Of a stretch of 64,000 nt of DNA, positions 38,638 through 47,194 are shown one piece after another. The stretch spans positions 33,392 through 97,391 of the forward strand of contig CANRHN010000002.1 in NCBI GenBank assembly GCA_947630425.1, given 5' to 3'. The notes under the pieces are model-generated. The model was given only the letters and a program-made list of their open reading frames with translations, was not told where the DNA came from and did not search any database. The position numbers were made by a program, and so were the translations under genes. This DNA is from an uncultured Clostridia bacterium (GTDB lineage Bacteria > Bacillota > Clostridia > Christensenellales > CAG-314). The stretch's first letter is position 1. The number at the start of each line of letters is the position of its first letter.

Positions 38638-39258
38638 TTATTTTTGAGAGAACGCGCATCCGCAGTAGTGCTGTCGGTATATATCGTATTTTTTGCAAAG
38701 GCGAATACTCTCGTTGTAGCCGTCGTGCTTTTTGAAGTCCGTCGGAAGCCACAGCAGCTTGTCTGTTTGCAGCGACAAGCCTATTTCGTTGAGCAGCGCG
38801 CTGTTTTTGTAGGGAGAAACGGTGAGAGTGGTGGCAAACATTTCAAAGCCGTGCCGTTCGGCGTAACGCTTGGCGTCGCCGAGGCGCAGCTCAAAGCATT
38901 TTTTGCAGCGCGCGCCGCCCTCTTTTTCCTTTTCCGATCCGCGTGCCGCGTCGAGGAAGCGCAAAACGTCATAGTTTTGCACAACAAGGGAAAGGGGGCG
39001 CAAGGGCTGAACCTCAAAGCTGCCTTCGTTTACAATTGTCGTCAGCCTTGTCAGCTCGTCCAACCGTTTTTGCCATTCCTCCGCGGGCATTATGTTGTCG
39101 TTGGCGTAGTAAAGCGTAATGTCGAAAAAAGCCGCCAAGCGCAACAAGCAAGCCGTGGCGCAAGGGGCACAGCACACGTGCAAAAGCAGCTTCGGCGGGC
39201 GCGAAGGGTCGATGTCGTTCTTTTTTTGTTCAAACAGTTTGTCGTAATTTGTGTTCAT
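38638..39258 (-). CDS. queH: Epoxyqueuosine reductase QueH (DUF208 family)
   Basis: LLLHVCCAPCA, CKKCFELRL, TLTVSPYKN and YRQHYCGCAFS are present. Confidence 0.85.
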   Translation of the reverse strand: MNTNYDKLFEQKKNDIDPSRPPKLLLHVCCAPCATACLLRLAAFFDITLYYANDNIMPAEEWQKRLDELTRLTTIVNEGSFEVQPLRPLSLVVQNYDVLRFLDAARGSEKEKEGGARCKKCFELRLGDAKRYAERHGFEMFATTLTVSPYKNSALLNEIGLSLQTDKLLWLPTDFKKHDGYNESIRLCKKYDIYRQHYCGCAFSQK

Positions 39259-40021
39259 TCAGTTTGGGAAAAAGCCTATATGTGTTTTCTTTCAGCTGCG
39301 CTTCCATTGCGTTGACGTCAACGTTGTAGCAGCTTGCAAGCTTGGCAACGACAAGGTGAAGGTTCAGGGGCGTGTTGACGCGTCCTCTCAACGGTTCGGG
39401 GGACATGTAGGGGCTGTCCGTTTCGGAAAGCACGCGGTCTATGGGAATTTGCTCAAGCACTTCCTCTTTGTGAGCGTTTTTGAAGGTGACAGCTCCGCCG
39501 AAGGCAAAGTAGTGCCCTTCCCTTGCCGCCTGACGCGCAAACTCCGCGCTGCCGCTGTAGCAGTGCCACAGAACGCCGCTGTTGAGGTGCTTTTTCTGCG
39601 CGCGCAGCACGTCCCACGCGTCGCCGTAGGCGTCCCTTACGTGCAAAGTCAGGGGCAGCTTGTAGCTGTCGGCAAGCTCTATCTGCGCGGCAAACACGTC
39701 TCGTTGCGTTTGGCGGTCGGACAAATCGTAAAAGTAGTCCAGACCGATCTCTCCCACCGCGACCACCTTGGGGTGAGCCGCAAGACGGTTCATTGTCTCA
39801 ACAAATTTGCCGTCGAAGCTTTTGCTGTCGTGAGGGTGCATTCCAATCGTGGCAAACACGCAGTCGTAGCTTTCCGCCAGCTCCACGCCCGCAAGCATGC
39901 TTGCGTAGTCGCAGCTGTTGTTGATGAGCAGCTCCACGCCCTGCGCCGCGCAGTCCGCCACAATTTGCTTTACGTTGTCGCGCAATTTGGGATCGTCCAA
40001 ATGCAAATGGCTGTCTATCAT
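39230..40021 (-). CDS. tatD: TatD-family metal-dependent hydrolase/DNase
   Basis: MIDSHLHLDD, GMHPHD, AVGEIGLDY, LHVRDA and ETDSPY are present. The start overlaps the metG stop. Confidence 0.88.
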   Translation of the reverse strand: MIDSHLHLDDPKLRDNVKQIVADCAAQGVELLINNSCDYASMLAGVELAESYDCVFATIGMHPHDSKSFDGKFVETMNRLAAHPKVVAVGEIGLDYFYDLSDRQTQRDVFAAQIELADSYKLPLTLHVRDAYGDAWDVLRAQKKHLNSGVLWHCYSGSAEFARQAAREGHYFAFGGAVTFKNAHKEEVLEQIPIDRVLSETDSPYMSPEPLRGRVNTPLNLHLVVAKLASCYNVDVNAMEAQLKENTYRLFPKLNEHKLRQTV

Positions 40022-41940
40022 CTGACCTCCTTGCCGCTGTCAACGTCCTGCTCGGGCGTGACAAACACAACCCTTTTGCCGTCCGCCGCGCACAAAATCA
40101 TACCGTTGCTTTCCACGCCGCGAATTTTGGCGGACTTGAGGTTGCTTACAAGCACAACGGTTTTGCCTACCATGTAGCTCGGCTCGTAGTACTGCGCAAT
40201 GCCGCTTACCACTTGCCGTACCTCGTTGCCTACCTGCAGCTTAAAAACAAGCAGCTTGTCGCTTTTTGCCACTTTTTCGCAGCTAAGCACCCTTGCCGTT
40301 ACAAGCTTTACCTTGGCAAAGTCGTCTATCGTTATTTGCGGAGCGTCCGACTCCGTTTGCTTGTCGGGTTTGTCCGTTTCCGCCAATTTGGCAAGCTCCT
40401 TCAGCTCCTTTTCCGCGTCGATGCGGTTGAACAAATTGTCGCCCTTGTTGACGACGACTCCCTCGCCTATACGTCCAAAGCGGTCCAGCTCGCCGAAATC
40501 GGCAGGCAATTTCAAGCCCAATTTGCCGAAGATTTTTTCGGAGGTGTCGGGCACAAACGGCTCAAGCAGCGTTGCGGCAAAGCGAATACACTCCGCAAGC
40601 ACGTACAAAACGGTTTCAAGACGCTGTTTGTCGCCGTTTTTGTTCAGCGTCCAAGGCGTCGTGTCGTCGATGTACTTGTTGGCGCGCTGAACAATTTTGA
40701 ATATGTCCGCAAGGGCGTCGGGCGCGGAAAGGCTTTCCATGTCGGCGCGCACCCTTTGCAACGTGCCCTCGCAAAGAGCTATCAGCTCCTTGTCTAAGTC
40801 GGTGTAGGCGGCGGGTTGGGGAACAATTCCGCCAAAGTACTGCGTTATCATGGCGGTGGTGCGGCTGACCAGATTGCCCAAATCGTTGACAAGATCGGCA
40901 TTGGTGCGCGCAATTAGAGCCTCGTTGGTGTAAACGCCGTCGCTTCCGAAGGGAATTTCGCGCAGCAGGTAGTAGCGTATAACGTCTCTGCCGTACCGTC
41001 CGCAAAGCACAAAGGGGTCTACCACGTTGCCCTTTGACTTGCTCATTTTGTCGTTGCCGAACAGCAGCCAACCGTGTCCGTACACCTTTTTGGGCAGCGG
41101 CAGGTCGAGAGCCATCAGCAACGCGGGCCAGATGATGGTGTGGAAACGAACGATTTCCTTGCCCACCATGTGCAGATCTGCGGGCCAGAACTTGTCGAAC
41201 AGGCTGCAATCGTCCTGCAGGTAGCCCAGCGCGGAAATGTAGTTGGCAAGCGCGTCGATCCACACGTAGGCGACGTGCTTTTCGTCGAAGGGCAGCTTTA
41301 TGCCCCAATCGAAGGTGGTGCGCGAAATGCACAGATCCTTCAGTCCGGGCTTGATAAAGTTGTTTATCATCTCGTTCATGCGGGATTTGGGCGATATAAA
41401 TTCGGGGTTTTGCTCATAGAACTTTATCAGTCGGTCCTGATACTTGCCGAGGCGGAAAAAGTAGCTTTCTTCTTTTTGCAGCTTCACTTCCCGTCCGCAG
41501 TCGGGACATTTGCCGTCCACCAGCTGACTTTCCGTCCAAAAACTTTCGCAGGGGGTGCAGTACCAGCCCTCGTAGGTGGATTTGTAAATGTCGTCCTGCG
41601 CAAGCAGCTTTTCGTAAATTTTTTGCACCGTTTGCTCGTGATAGTCGTCTGTGGTGCGAATAAATTTGTCGTAGCTGATACCCAGCGTTTTCCACAGCTC
41701 CACAATTTGCTCGTACAACTTGTCTACGTACTGCTTGGGGGTGACTCCCGCCGCTTCCGCCTTTTGCTGAACCTTTTGACCGTGTTCGTCCGTGCCCGTC
41801 AGGTAAAAAACGTCAAAGCCGTCCATTCGCTTGAAGCGTGCAATGGCGTCGCATATAACGGTGGTGTAGCAGTGTCCGAGGTGGAAACTTCCGCTGCTGT
41901 AGTAGATGGGCGTGGTGATGTAGTAAGTGGGTTTTTTCAT
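40018..41940 (-). CDS. metG: Methionine--tRNA ligase with a C-terminal tRNA-binding (Trbp111/EMAP-like) domain
   Basis: YYITTPIYYSSGSFHLGHCY (HIGH region), the KMSKS motif, a CxxC...CPDCG zinc knuckle and a C-terminal OB-fold are present. The ATG at 41940 was chosen over the upstream extension. Confidence 0.93.
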   Translation of the reverse strand: MKKPTYYITTPIYYSSGSFHLGHCYTTVICDAIARFKRMDGFDVFYLTGTDEHGQKVQQKAEAAGVTPKQYVDKLYEQIVELWKTLGISYDKFIRTTDDYHEQTVQKIYEKLLAQDDIYKSTYEGWYCTPCESFWTESQLVDGKCPDCGREVKLQKEESYFFRLGKYQDRLIKFYEQNPEFISPKSRMNEMINNFIKPGLKDLCISRTTFDWGIKLPFDEKHVAYVWIDALANYISALGYLQDDCSLFDKFWPADLHMVGKEIVRFHTIIWPALLMALDLPLPKKVYGHGWLLFGNDKMSKSKGNVVDPFVLCGRYGRDVIRYYLLREIPFGSDGVYTNEALIARTNADLVNDLGNLVSRTTAMITQYFGGIVPQPAAYTDLDKELIALCEGTLQRVRADMESLSAPDALADIFKIVQRANKYIDDTTPWTLNKNGDKQRLETVLYVLAECIRFAATLLEPFVPDTSEKIFGKLGLKLPADFGELDRFGRIGEGVVVNKGDNLFNRIDAEKELKELAKLAETDKPDKQTESDAPQITIDDFAKVKLVTARVLSCEKVAKSDKLLVFKLQVGNEVRQVVSGIAQYYEPSYMVGKTVVLVSNLKSAKIRGVESNGMILCAADGKRVVFVTPEQDVDSGKEVR

Positions 41941-41994
41941 GTTGTCCTCTCTTTGGGACGCGGCGAATGAAACCGAGCCCCGTGTTTGAATATA

Positions 41995-42023
41995 ATTATA
42001 GCTTATCAAACGCTTTTTGTAAA
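41995..42023 (-). promoter_or_regulatory. Sigma-A type promoter for metG (TTTACA, 17 nt spacer, TATAAT on the minus strand)
   Basis: The minus strand reads tttaca-aaaagcgtttgataagc-tataat. It lies about 55 nt upstream of the metG ATG. Confidence 0.5.
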
Positions 42024-42182
42024 CAACTAATCGCTCGGAGCAAAAAAACATAGCTTGTTTTGCGGAATTTGCCGCGAAAGCCCTTGCCGCGCGGGGTTTT
42101 GCTCGGAAAGCGGGCTTGCTTGTTGCATACGCCGTTTGCTGCGGCAGTAAAATATAGTTATGAAGCTGCAGGGCGGGAGCAA

Positions 42183-42737
42183 ATGAATATCGTATGGACG
42201 GCGGTGACGTTGGTCGCGCTTGTCGCGCTTACCGTTACTCAACCGCAAAGCGTGCTGACGGTGTGTCTCGACAGCTGTTCTCAGGCGGTCACCACGGCGT
42301 TGGGACTTATGGGGGTGTACTGCCTGTGGCTGGGCGTGTTCGAGGTGGCGGACAGGTGTCGTCTGGTGCAGGGGTTGTCGAGGTGCTTGGGCGGTCTTAA
42401 CAAATTTTTGTACGGCAACGTGCAAAAAGCCGCCGAGCAGTACATTTCGCTCAATTTTGCCTCCAATCTGCTGGGAGTGGGCAATGCGGCTACCCCGTCG
42501 GCAATTGCCGCCGTAAGGGAATTGGAGCATGACGAAAAATTGAGCCGTAACGGCGCAATGCTGTTTGTCGTCAACGCCACGGGCGTACAGCTTGTGCCCA
42601 CCACGGTGATGGGATTGCGCGCGCAGCTCGGTTCGGCAAATCCCTCCGACATTTTGTTGCCCAATCTGCTTGCCACGCTGCTCACCTCGATTGTGGGGGT
42701 GGCGTTGGTTTTTTGCGTGTACGGCAGGGCAAAATGA
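42183..42737 (+). CDS. spmA: Spore maturation protein A (nucleoside-recognition/Gate domain membrane protein)
   Basis: MNIVWTAVTLVALV..., ASNLLGVGNAATPSAIAA and VVNATGVQLVPTTV are present. The gene is paired with spmB through an ATGA overlap. Confidence 0.8.
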   Translation: MNIVWTAVTLVALVALTVTQPQSVLTVCLDSCSQAVTTALGLMGVYCLWLGVFEVADRCRLVQGLSRCLGGLNKFLYGNVQKAAEQYISLNFASNLLGVGNAATPSAIAAVRELEHDEKLSRNGAMLFVVNATGVQLVPTTVMGLRAQLGSANPSDILLPNLLATLLTSIVGVALVFCVYGRAK

Positions 42738-43237
42738 ACTACGTCGTGCCCGTTTTGCTGATAGCGGTGCTTTTTGTGGGGCTGGTGCGCCGAGTCAACG
42801 TGTACGACAGCTTTGTGCTGGGCGCAAAAAAGTCCTTCGAGCTGTCTTGGACGATATTCCCCTATCTTGCGGCGATTTTCATCATGGTAAACGCTCTGCA
42901 TGCAAGCGGAGCGGACGTGTATGTCACCAAGCTGCTTGCACCCCCATTCAAGCTGTTGGGCATACCGCCCGAGGTGGTACAGCTGGTGCTTTTGCGCCCG
43001 TTCAGCGGCAGCGGCAGTCTGGCGATACTTGCCGACGTGTACAAGCAGTACGGAGTTGACAGCTACGTGGGACGGTGCGCTTCCGTCATCATGGGCAGCA
43101 GCGAAACGGTTTTTTACGTTGCTTCCGTCTACTTTGCGGGCACAAAAGTGCGCAAAACGGGTTGGGCTGTACCCATTGCGTTGTTTTGCAATCTTTTGGG
43201 CGCGGTCGTCGCGTGCTTGCTGTGCAGGGTGATGTAG
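42734..43237 (+). CDS. spmB: Spore maturation protein B
   Basis: MNYVVPVLLIAVLFVGL, LLRPFSGSGSLA and SETVFYV are present. The gene sits immediately downstream of spmA. Confidence 0.8.
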   Translation: MNYVVPVLLIAVLFVGLVRRVNVYDSFVLGAKKSFELSWTIFPYLAAIFIMVNALHASGADVYVTKLLAPPFKLLGIPPEVVQLVLLRPFSGSGSLAILADVYKQYGVDSYVGRCASVIMGSSETVFYVASVYFAGTKVRKTGWAVPIALFCNLLGAVVACLLCRVM

Positions 43238-43339
43238 CTTGGGCAAACAAACAAACTACATCAAATTTTGCCATATATTTACAAATAATCGCGCCGCAGG
43301 TGTTGTACCATTGCCTGAGAAAGTGTTTTGGAGCGAAAA

Positions 43340-45610
43340 ATGAAACTCAAGTTGAAGGGCAAGCTCACGGCAAAAAACATACTACTGTACGTTGTCTACG
43401 CGGCGTTGGCGGTGGCTTCGGGCGGTGTTTTCGACGGCAATCTCGCCTTCGGACTGTTCGTCGGGGCGGTGTACTCCGCCAACCCCATTGCGGCTTCCGT
43501 CATTTATTTGGGAAGCAGCGCGGTCTACGGCTGGATGAATTTGCTTCACGCGGCGGTTCGCGCGGCAATATTGATGATCGCCGTCACCGTTCATCACTTT
43601 GCCAAGCGCAAAATAGGCAAACTGACGTTGCTGTTGTACCTTGTCGCCGCCGATCTGTTTTACGTCGGCTACGGCTTTGTCGACTACTTCAATTTGTTTG
43701 ACAAAATCATTTTTGCCGCCTGCGGAATTGCCTTTGCCTATGTTTGTATCTACACGTTCAGGGCTGCGTTTGTGCGAGGACTGAACTACCGCCCCGCCTT
43801 GGACGAAAGGGTGTGCATGGGCATATTTACGATAGTAGCCGCCTTTTGCCTTTCCCACATACGAATGGGGCAGCTGGAGCTTGTGTACTTTGTCGCGCCC
43901 TTTGTGTTGTTGTTTGCCGCAACCTGCTTTGGCGACGCGGTGTGCCTTACGGGGGCGGTTCTGATGGGCATTGGCAACGTTTTTGCCACCGCAAGTTACG
44001 AATTTTGCGTGTTTTGCGCCACGTCCGCGGTGTGCGTTGTTGCCCTGAACAAGGTCAGCAGGTATCTTTCGGCGTTGTCCGTGCTGTTGGTGGACGTTTT
44101 GATGAGTTACTTCCTCAATTTGCACGGCTCGTTCAACGTGGCGACGGTTGCGCCGACATTTGCCTCGGCGTTGGTGTTTGCGGTGATACCCACCCGCGTG
44201 TTCAACTACGTTCGCGATTGCTGTACGGGCAGTGCCGAGCGTTATCTCAACAAAAGCGTGCTGCAAAAAATGGGCGACGCCGTTTCGCGCAGATTGGTGC
44301 GGCTGTCCGACATTTTTCTTTCCATGAAACAGGCGTTTTTCACAATGTCGGCGGGCACGGTCTCCGCGGAGGAAGCGGAGCGCGCCATTGTCAAGCAGTG
44401 TTCCGAAAGCGTCTGCCGGGATTGCTCCGGACGCGTGCGCTGTTGGCGACAGGAGCTTGCTCAAACGGAGCAAAATCTGCTTCAGTTGGGCGTGTGCGCC
44501 GTCAAGCGCGGCAAATGTACCATTTTGGACGTGCCGCAGTCGCTGTCCGTTCGGTGCGACAGGGTGTCGGGCTTGTTGAGCGAGGTCAACGCTCAAGCGC
44601 AAAATTACCGCAGCTACCGCGAACGGGCGGAGCAGGCGGACAACGGCAAGGCGTTGCTCGGCGAGCAAATGGGCGGCGTGTCCGACCTTTTGATGCAGCT
44701 TGCGGGCGAAACAAAAAACAGCGCGGACTACGACCGCACGCGAGAGCGGGAATTGATTGACAAGCTTGTTTTTCACAACGTGCTTTGCAGCGGCGCGGCT
44801 ATAGCGCAACAAAAGGAAATCATCACCATTGTGCTGACGGTGTCGAGCAGGGACGTAGACAAAGAAACCATCGAAAAGGTGGTAACTTCCGTGCTGAAGC
44901 AAAGCGTAGAGGTGGAGCGCGTCGAGCAGACGGAGAGCGAAGCGTGGGTCAACGTGCTGCTTACCGTCAAGCCGCGGTACGCCGTCACCTTCGGCGTAAG
45001 CTCTCTGCCCAAGGAGGGCAACGAGGTCAGCGGCGACACGCACACCGTCACCCGAACGGACAACGGCAAGTGCATTGTGGCGCTTTGCGACGGAATGGGC
45101 AGCGGCACCAAGGCGGAAAAGATGTCGGCAACATCCATCAGTCTGGTGGAAAGCTTTTACCGCGCGGGATTTGACAACGACACCATACTTTCCTGCGTCA
45201 ACAAGCTGTTGGTGGGCAGCGGAAACGAAATTTTCTGCGCGGTTGACATGGTGGTGTTGGACCTTTACAACGGGCTTGCCGACTTTATCAAGCTGGGCGC
45301 GTGCTGCGGCTTGGTGCGCTCAAACGGCAAGGTGGAAATTGTCAACGGCAGCAGTCTGCCTCTCGGCGTGTTGGAGGAAATGACCCCTTCCGTCACCAAA
45401 AAGGCGTTGGCGGGCGGCGACACGGTGGTGCTGTTGTCCGACGGCGTTGCCGACTGCTTCAAGGACCCCAACGCGCTTGCGGCGGCATTTGCCGAGGTTG
45501 CCCTGAACGTTCCTCAAAGCGTTGCGGACGTTTTGCTGAACAACGCGCTAAAGCGTTGCAACGGTCATCCTGCCGACGACATGACGGTAATTGTCGCGCG
45601 GATCGCGTAG
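43340..45610 (+). CDS. spoIIE: Stage II sporulation protein E (polytopic membrane PP2C-type phosphatase)
   Basis: About 10 N-terminal TM helices precede a C-terminal PP2C domain (GDTH..., ALCDGMGSG, VLLSDGV, DDMTVIVARI). The ATG at 43340 has the RBS ggag 6 nt upstream. Confidence 0.85.
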   Translation: MKLKLKGKLTAKNILLYVVYAALAVASGGVFDGNLAFGLFVGAVYSANPIAASVIYLGSSAVYGWMNLLHAAVRAAILMIAVTVHHFAKRKIGKLTLLLYLVAADLFYVGYGFVDYFNLFDKIIFAACGIAFAYVCIYTFRAAFVRGLNYRPALDERVCMGIFTIVAAFCLSHIRMGQLELVYFVAPFVLLFAATCFGDAVCLTGAVLMGIGNVFATASYEFCVFCATSAVCVVALNKVSRYLSALSVLLVDVLMSYFLNLHGSFNVATVAPTFASALVFAVIPTRVFNYVRDCCTGSAERYLNKSVLQKMGDAVSRRLVRLSDIFLSMKQAFFTMSAGTVSAEEAERAIVKQCSESVCRDCSGRVRCWRQELAQTEQNLLQLGVCAVKRGKCTILDVPQSLSVRCDRVSGLLSEVNAQAQNYRSYRERAEQADNGKALLGEQMGGVSDLLMQLAGETKNSADYDRTRERELIDKLVFHNVLCSGAAIAQQKEIITIVLTVSSRDVDKETIEKVVTSVLKQSVEVERVEQTESEAWVNVLLTVKPRYAVTFGVSSLPKEGNEVSGDTHTVTRTDNGKCIVALCDGMGSGTKAEKMSATSISLVESFYRAGFDNDTILSCVNKLLVGSGNEIFCAVDMVVLDLYNGLADFIKLGACCGLVRSNGKVEIVNGSSLPLGVLEEMTPSVTKKALAGGDTVVLLSDGVADCFKDPNALAAAFAEVALNVPQSVADVLLNNALKRCNGHPADDMTVIVARIA

Positions 45611-45654
45611 CTCGCATATAATAACGTACAAACAAAATCGCAAAGGAGCGTCAT

Positions 45655-46254
45655 GTGGCAGAGTACGTTTTGGAAAAAACGGTAAAGGTGGGGCGCGGAG
45701 TGACCATTGAGCCTTTTGCCGTGGTAAAGGGCGACACGGTGCTGGGAGACTACTGCACGGTGGGCAGCTTCAGCTATCTGGAAAACGCTTTTATCGGCGC
45801 GCACACCCAAGTAAAAGCCTCGCGCATAACAAACAGCTCGGTGGGATCTAACTGCACGGTAGGTCCAAACGCGCATTTGAGAGACGACGCGCAGGTGGGC
45901 GACGGCTGCCGTATCGGAAATTTTGTGGAGGTAAAGCACAGCGTTCTGCACAACGGGGTAAAGGCGGCTCATCTTAGCTACATCGGCGACGCGGAAGTGG
46001 GCGCGCGCACCAACATCGGCTGCGGAGTGGTTTTTGTAAATTTCGACGGCAAAGCAAAGCATCGCACGGTGGTGGGAGAAGATTGCTTTGTAGGCTGCAA
46101 CGCAAATCTGGTAGCTCCGCTGGAGATGGGCAAGGGGTGCTTTGTGGCTTGCGGCAGCACCGTAGACAAAAACATGCCCGACGGCTCCTTCAGCATCGGG
46201 CGAAGCTACCTTACCGTCAAAGAGGGCAGGGCAAAAAAGTATCTTGACAAGTAG
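45655..46254 (+). CDS. Stand-alone left-handed beta-helix acetyltransferase equivalent to the C-terminal (GlcN-1-P acetyltransferase) domain of GlmU
   Basis: GNFVEVKHSVL..GVKAAHLSYIGDAEVGARTNIGCGVVFVNFDGKAKHRTVVGEDCFVGCNANLVAPLEMG aligns closely with the GlmU C-terminus as I remember it. The GTG start lies 6 nt after the RBS aaaggag. An in-frame TAA at 45622-45624 excludes any N-terminal domain. Confidence 0.8.
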   Translation: MAEYVLEKTVKVGRGVTIEPFAVVKGDTVLGDYCTVGSFSYLENAFIGAHTQVKASRITNSSVGSNCTVGPNAHLRDDAQVGDGCRIGNFVEVKHSVLHNGVKAAHLSYIGDAEVGARTNIGCGVVFVNFDGKAKHRTVVGEDCFVGCNANLVAPLEMGKGCFVACGSTVDKNMPDGSFSIGRSYLTVKEGRAKKYLDK

Positions 46255-46269
46255 CTGTCGGTATAACGG

Positions 46270-46297
46270 TTGACATCGTTCTTTTTTTTGTTAAAAT
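46270..46297 (+). promoter_or_regulatory. Sigma-A type promoter (TTGACA, 16 nt spacer, TAAAAT) placed for a leaderless transcript
   Basis: TTGACA at 46270-46275 and TAAAAT at 46292-46297. The ATG of the next gene begins at 46304. Confidence 0.45.
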
Positions 46298-46303
46298 AGT
46301 GGT

Positions 46304-46894
46304 ATGAGTTTTACCGCAGTAAAAAAGTACGAATGGAAAAACGTTTTTGTGTACGTTGCCGCTTTTGACGAAAGCGCGATAGAGGACGTTTTGCCCGTCG
46401 AGCGCAACGATCACATTCGCGCGGCAAAGGACGATTTGCTTCGCCGTCAACGCTATTGGGTGTGGAAGCTGCTTCGCTTTGCGCTGTGCGAGCAATTCGG
46501 CGACGTCGAGTTGGATCTTGCGCAAGCGGACGGCAAATGGTTCGAAAGTGGCGGCAGGGCGCATTTTTCCTTGAGTCACAGCGGCAACGCGGTGGCGGTT
46601 GCGGTGGCGAGCTTTCCCGTGGGCGTGGACGTTCAGTCCCTTTCCTTTGGGAATTTGGGCGGCTTGGCAAAAAGAATTTGCACCCCCAAGGAGCTTGCAC
46701 GCTTTGACAACCTGCCGCAAAACGAGCGGAAAAGCTACCTTGCCGAGCTTTGGTCGCTTAAGGAAAGCATATTCAAACTTTCCGGCAACGGCGTTTTTTT
46801 GCCGTGCCTTACGCCCGCAAAGGTCGCAAACGCGCACAGCTTTTTTGTTTTTGACAATTCCTACGTTCTGTCCGTCGCCATCGAGGCAACATAA
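46304..46894 (+). CDS. 4'-phosphopantetheinyl transferase (Sfp-type)
   Basis: FSLSHSGNAVAVAV..PVGVDVQ and WSLKESIFK match the PPTase signature motifs. Confidence 0.75.
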   Translation: MSFTAVKKYEWKNVFVYVAAFDESAIEDVLPVERNDHIRAAKDDLLRRQRYWVWKLLRFALCEQFGDVELDLAQADGKWFESGGRAHFSLSHSGNAVAVAVASFPVGVDVQSLSFGNLGGLAKRICTPKELARFDNLPQNERKSYLAELWSLKESIFKLSGNGVFLPCLTPAKVANAHSFFVFDNSYVLSVAIEAT

Positions 46895-47001
46895 AGCAGC
46901 CATTTGTGTAACTTCTACACGTAAAGTTTATATACTTGTATATACATTAAATAACTAAAGCGCGAAACAAAAAATTAAATTTTCATTTTTGTTTTTACGT
47001 A

Positions 47002-47030
47002 TTGAAACAGAAGGTCTTTCGTTGTAAAAT
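47002..47030 (+). promoter_or_regulatory. Candidate promoter of the starch locus (TTGAAA, 17 nt spacer ending in TG, TAAAAT)
   Basis: TTGAAA at 47002-47007 and TAAAAT at 47025-47030. The predicted leader is about 160 nt. Confidence 0.45.
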
Positions 47031-47194
47031 TGTATATGGCAAAAAGTGTGTTTCTTGGGAGAATTGTCAAACCAAATGCAACACTCAAAGAACAATTCTA
47101 CCGAGCTTTCGGTAGCTGTGCACATTCTTTGGACTGTGCGCGACCAAATTGATTTTAACGGCGTTTCAAGCCGAAAAAAATAAAGGAGAAAAAT

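Noticed and set aside
41941-42182. A possible T-box riboswitch or long leader upstream of metG.
   Set aside because: The predicted promoter leaves only about 55 nt of leader. I found no specifier-loop/T-box sequence and no terminator/antiterminator pair. The rest of the interval belongs to the divergent spmA upstream region.
43328-43339. The TTG at 43328 as the spoIIE start. Similar upstream alternative starts appear for spmA (42060), metG (42051), the 34671 lipoprotein ORF and the 58789 pullulanase ORF.
   Set aside because: In each case a downstream ATG has a properly spaced Shine-Dalgarno sequence and begins the conserved or signal-peptide sequence. The upstream start either overlaps the RBS or adds non-conserved residues.
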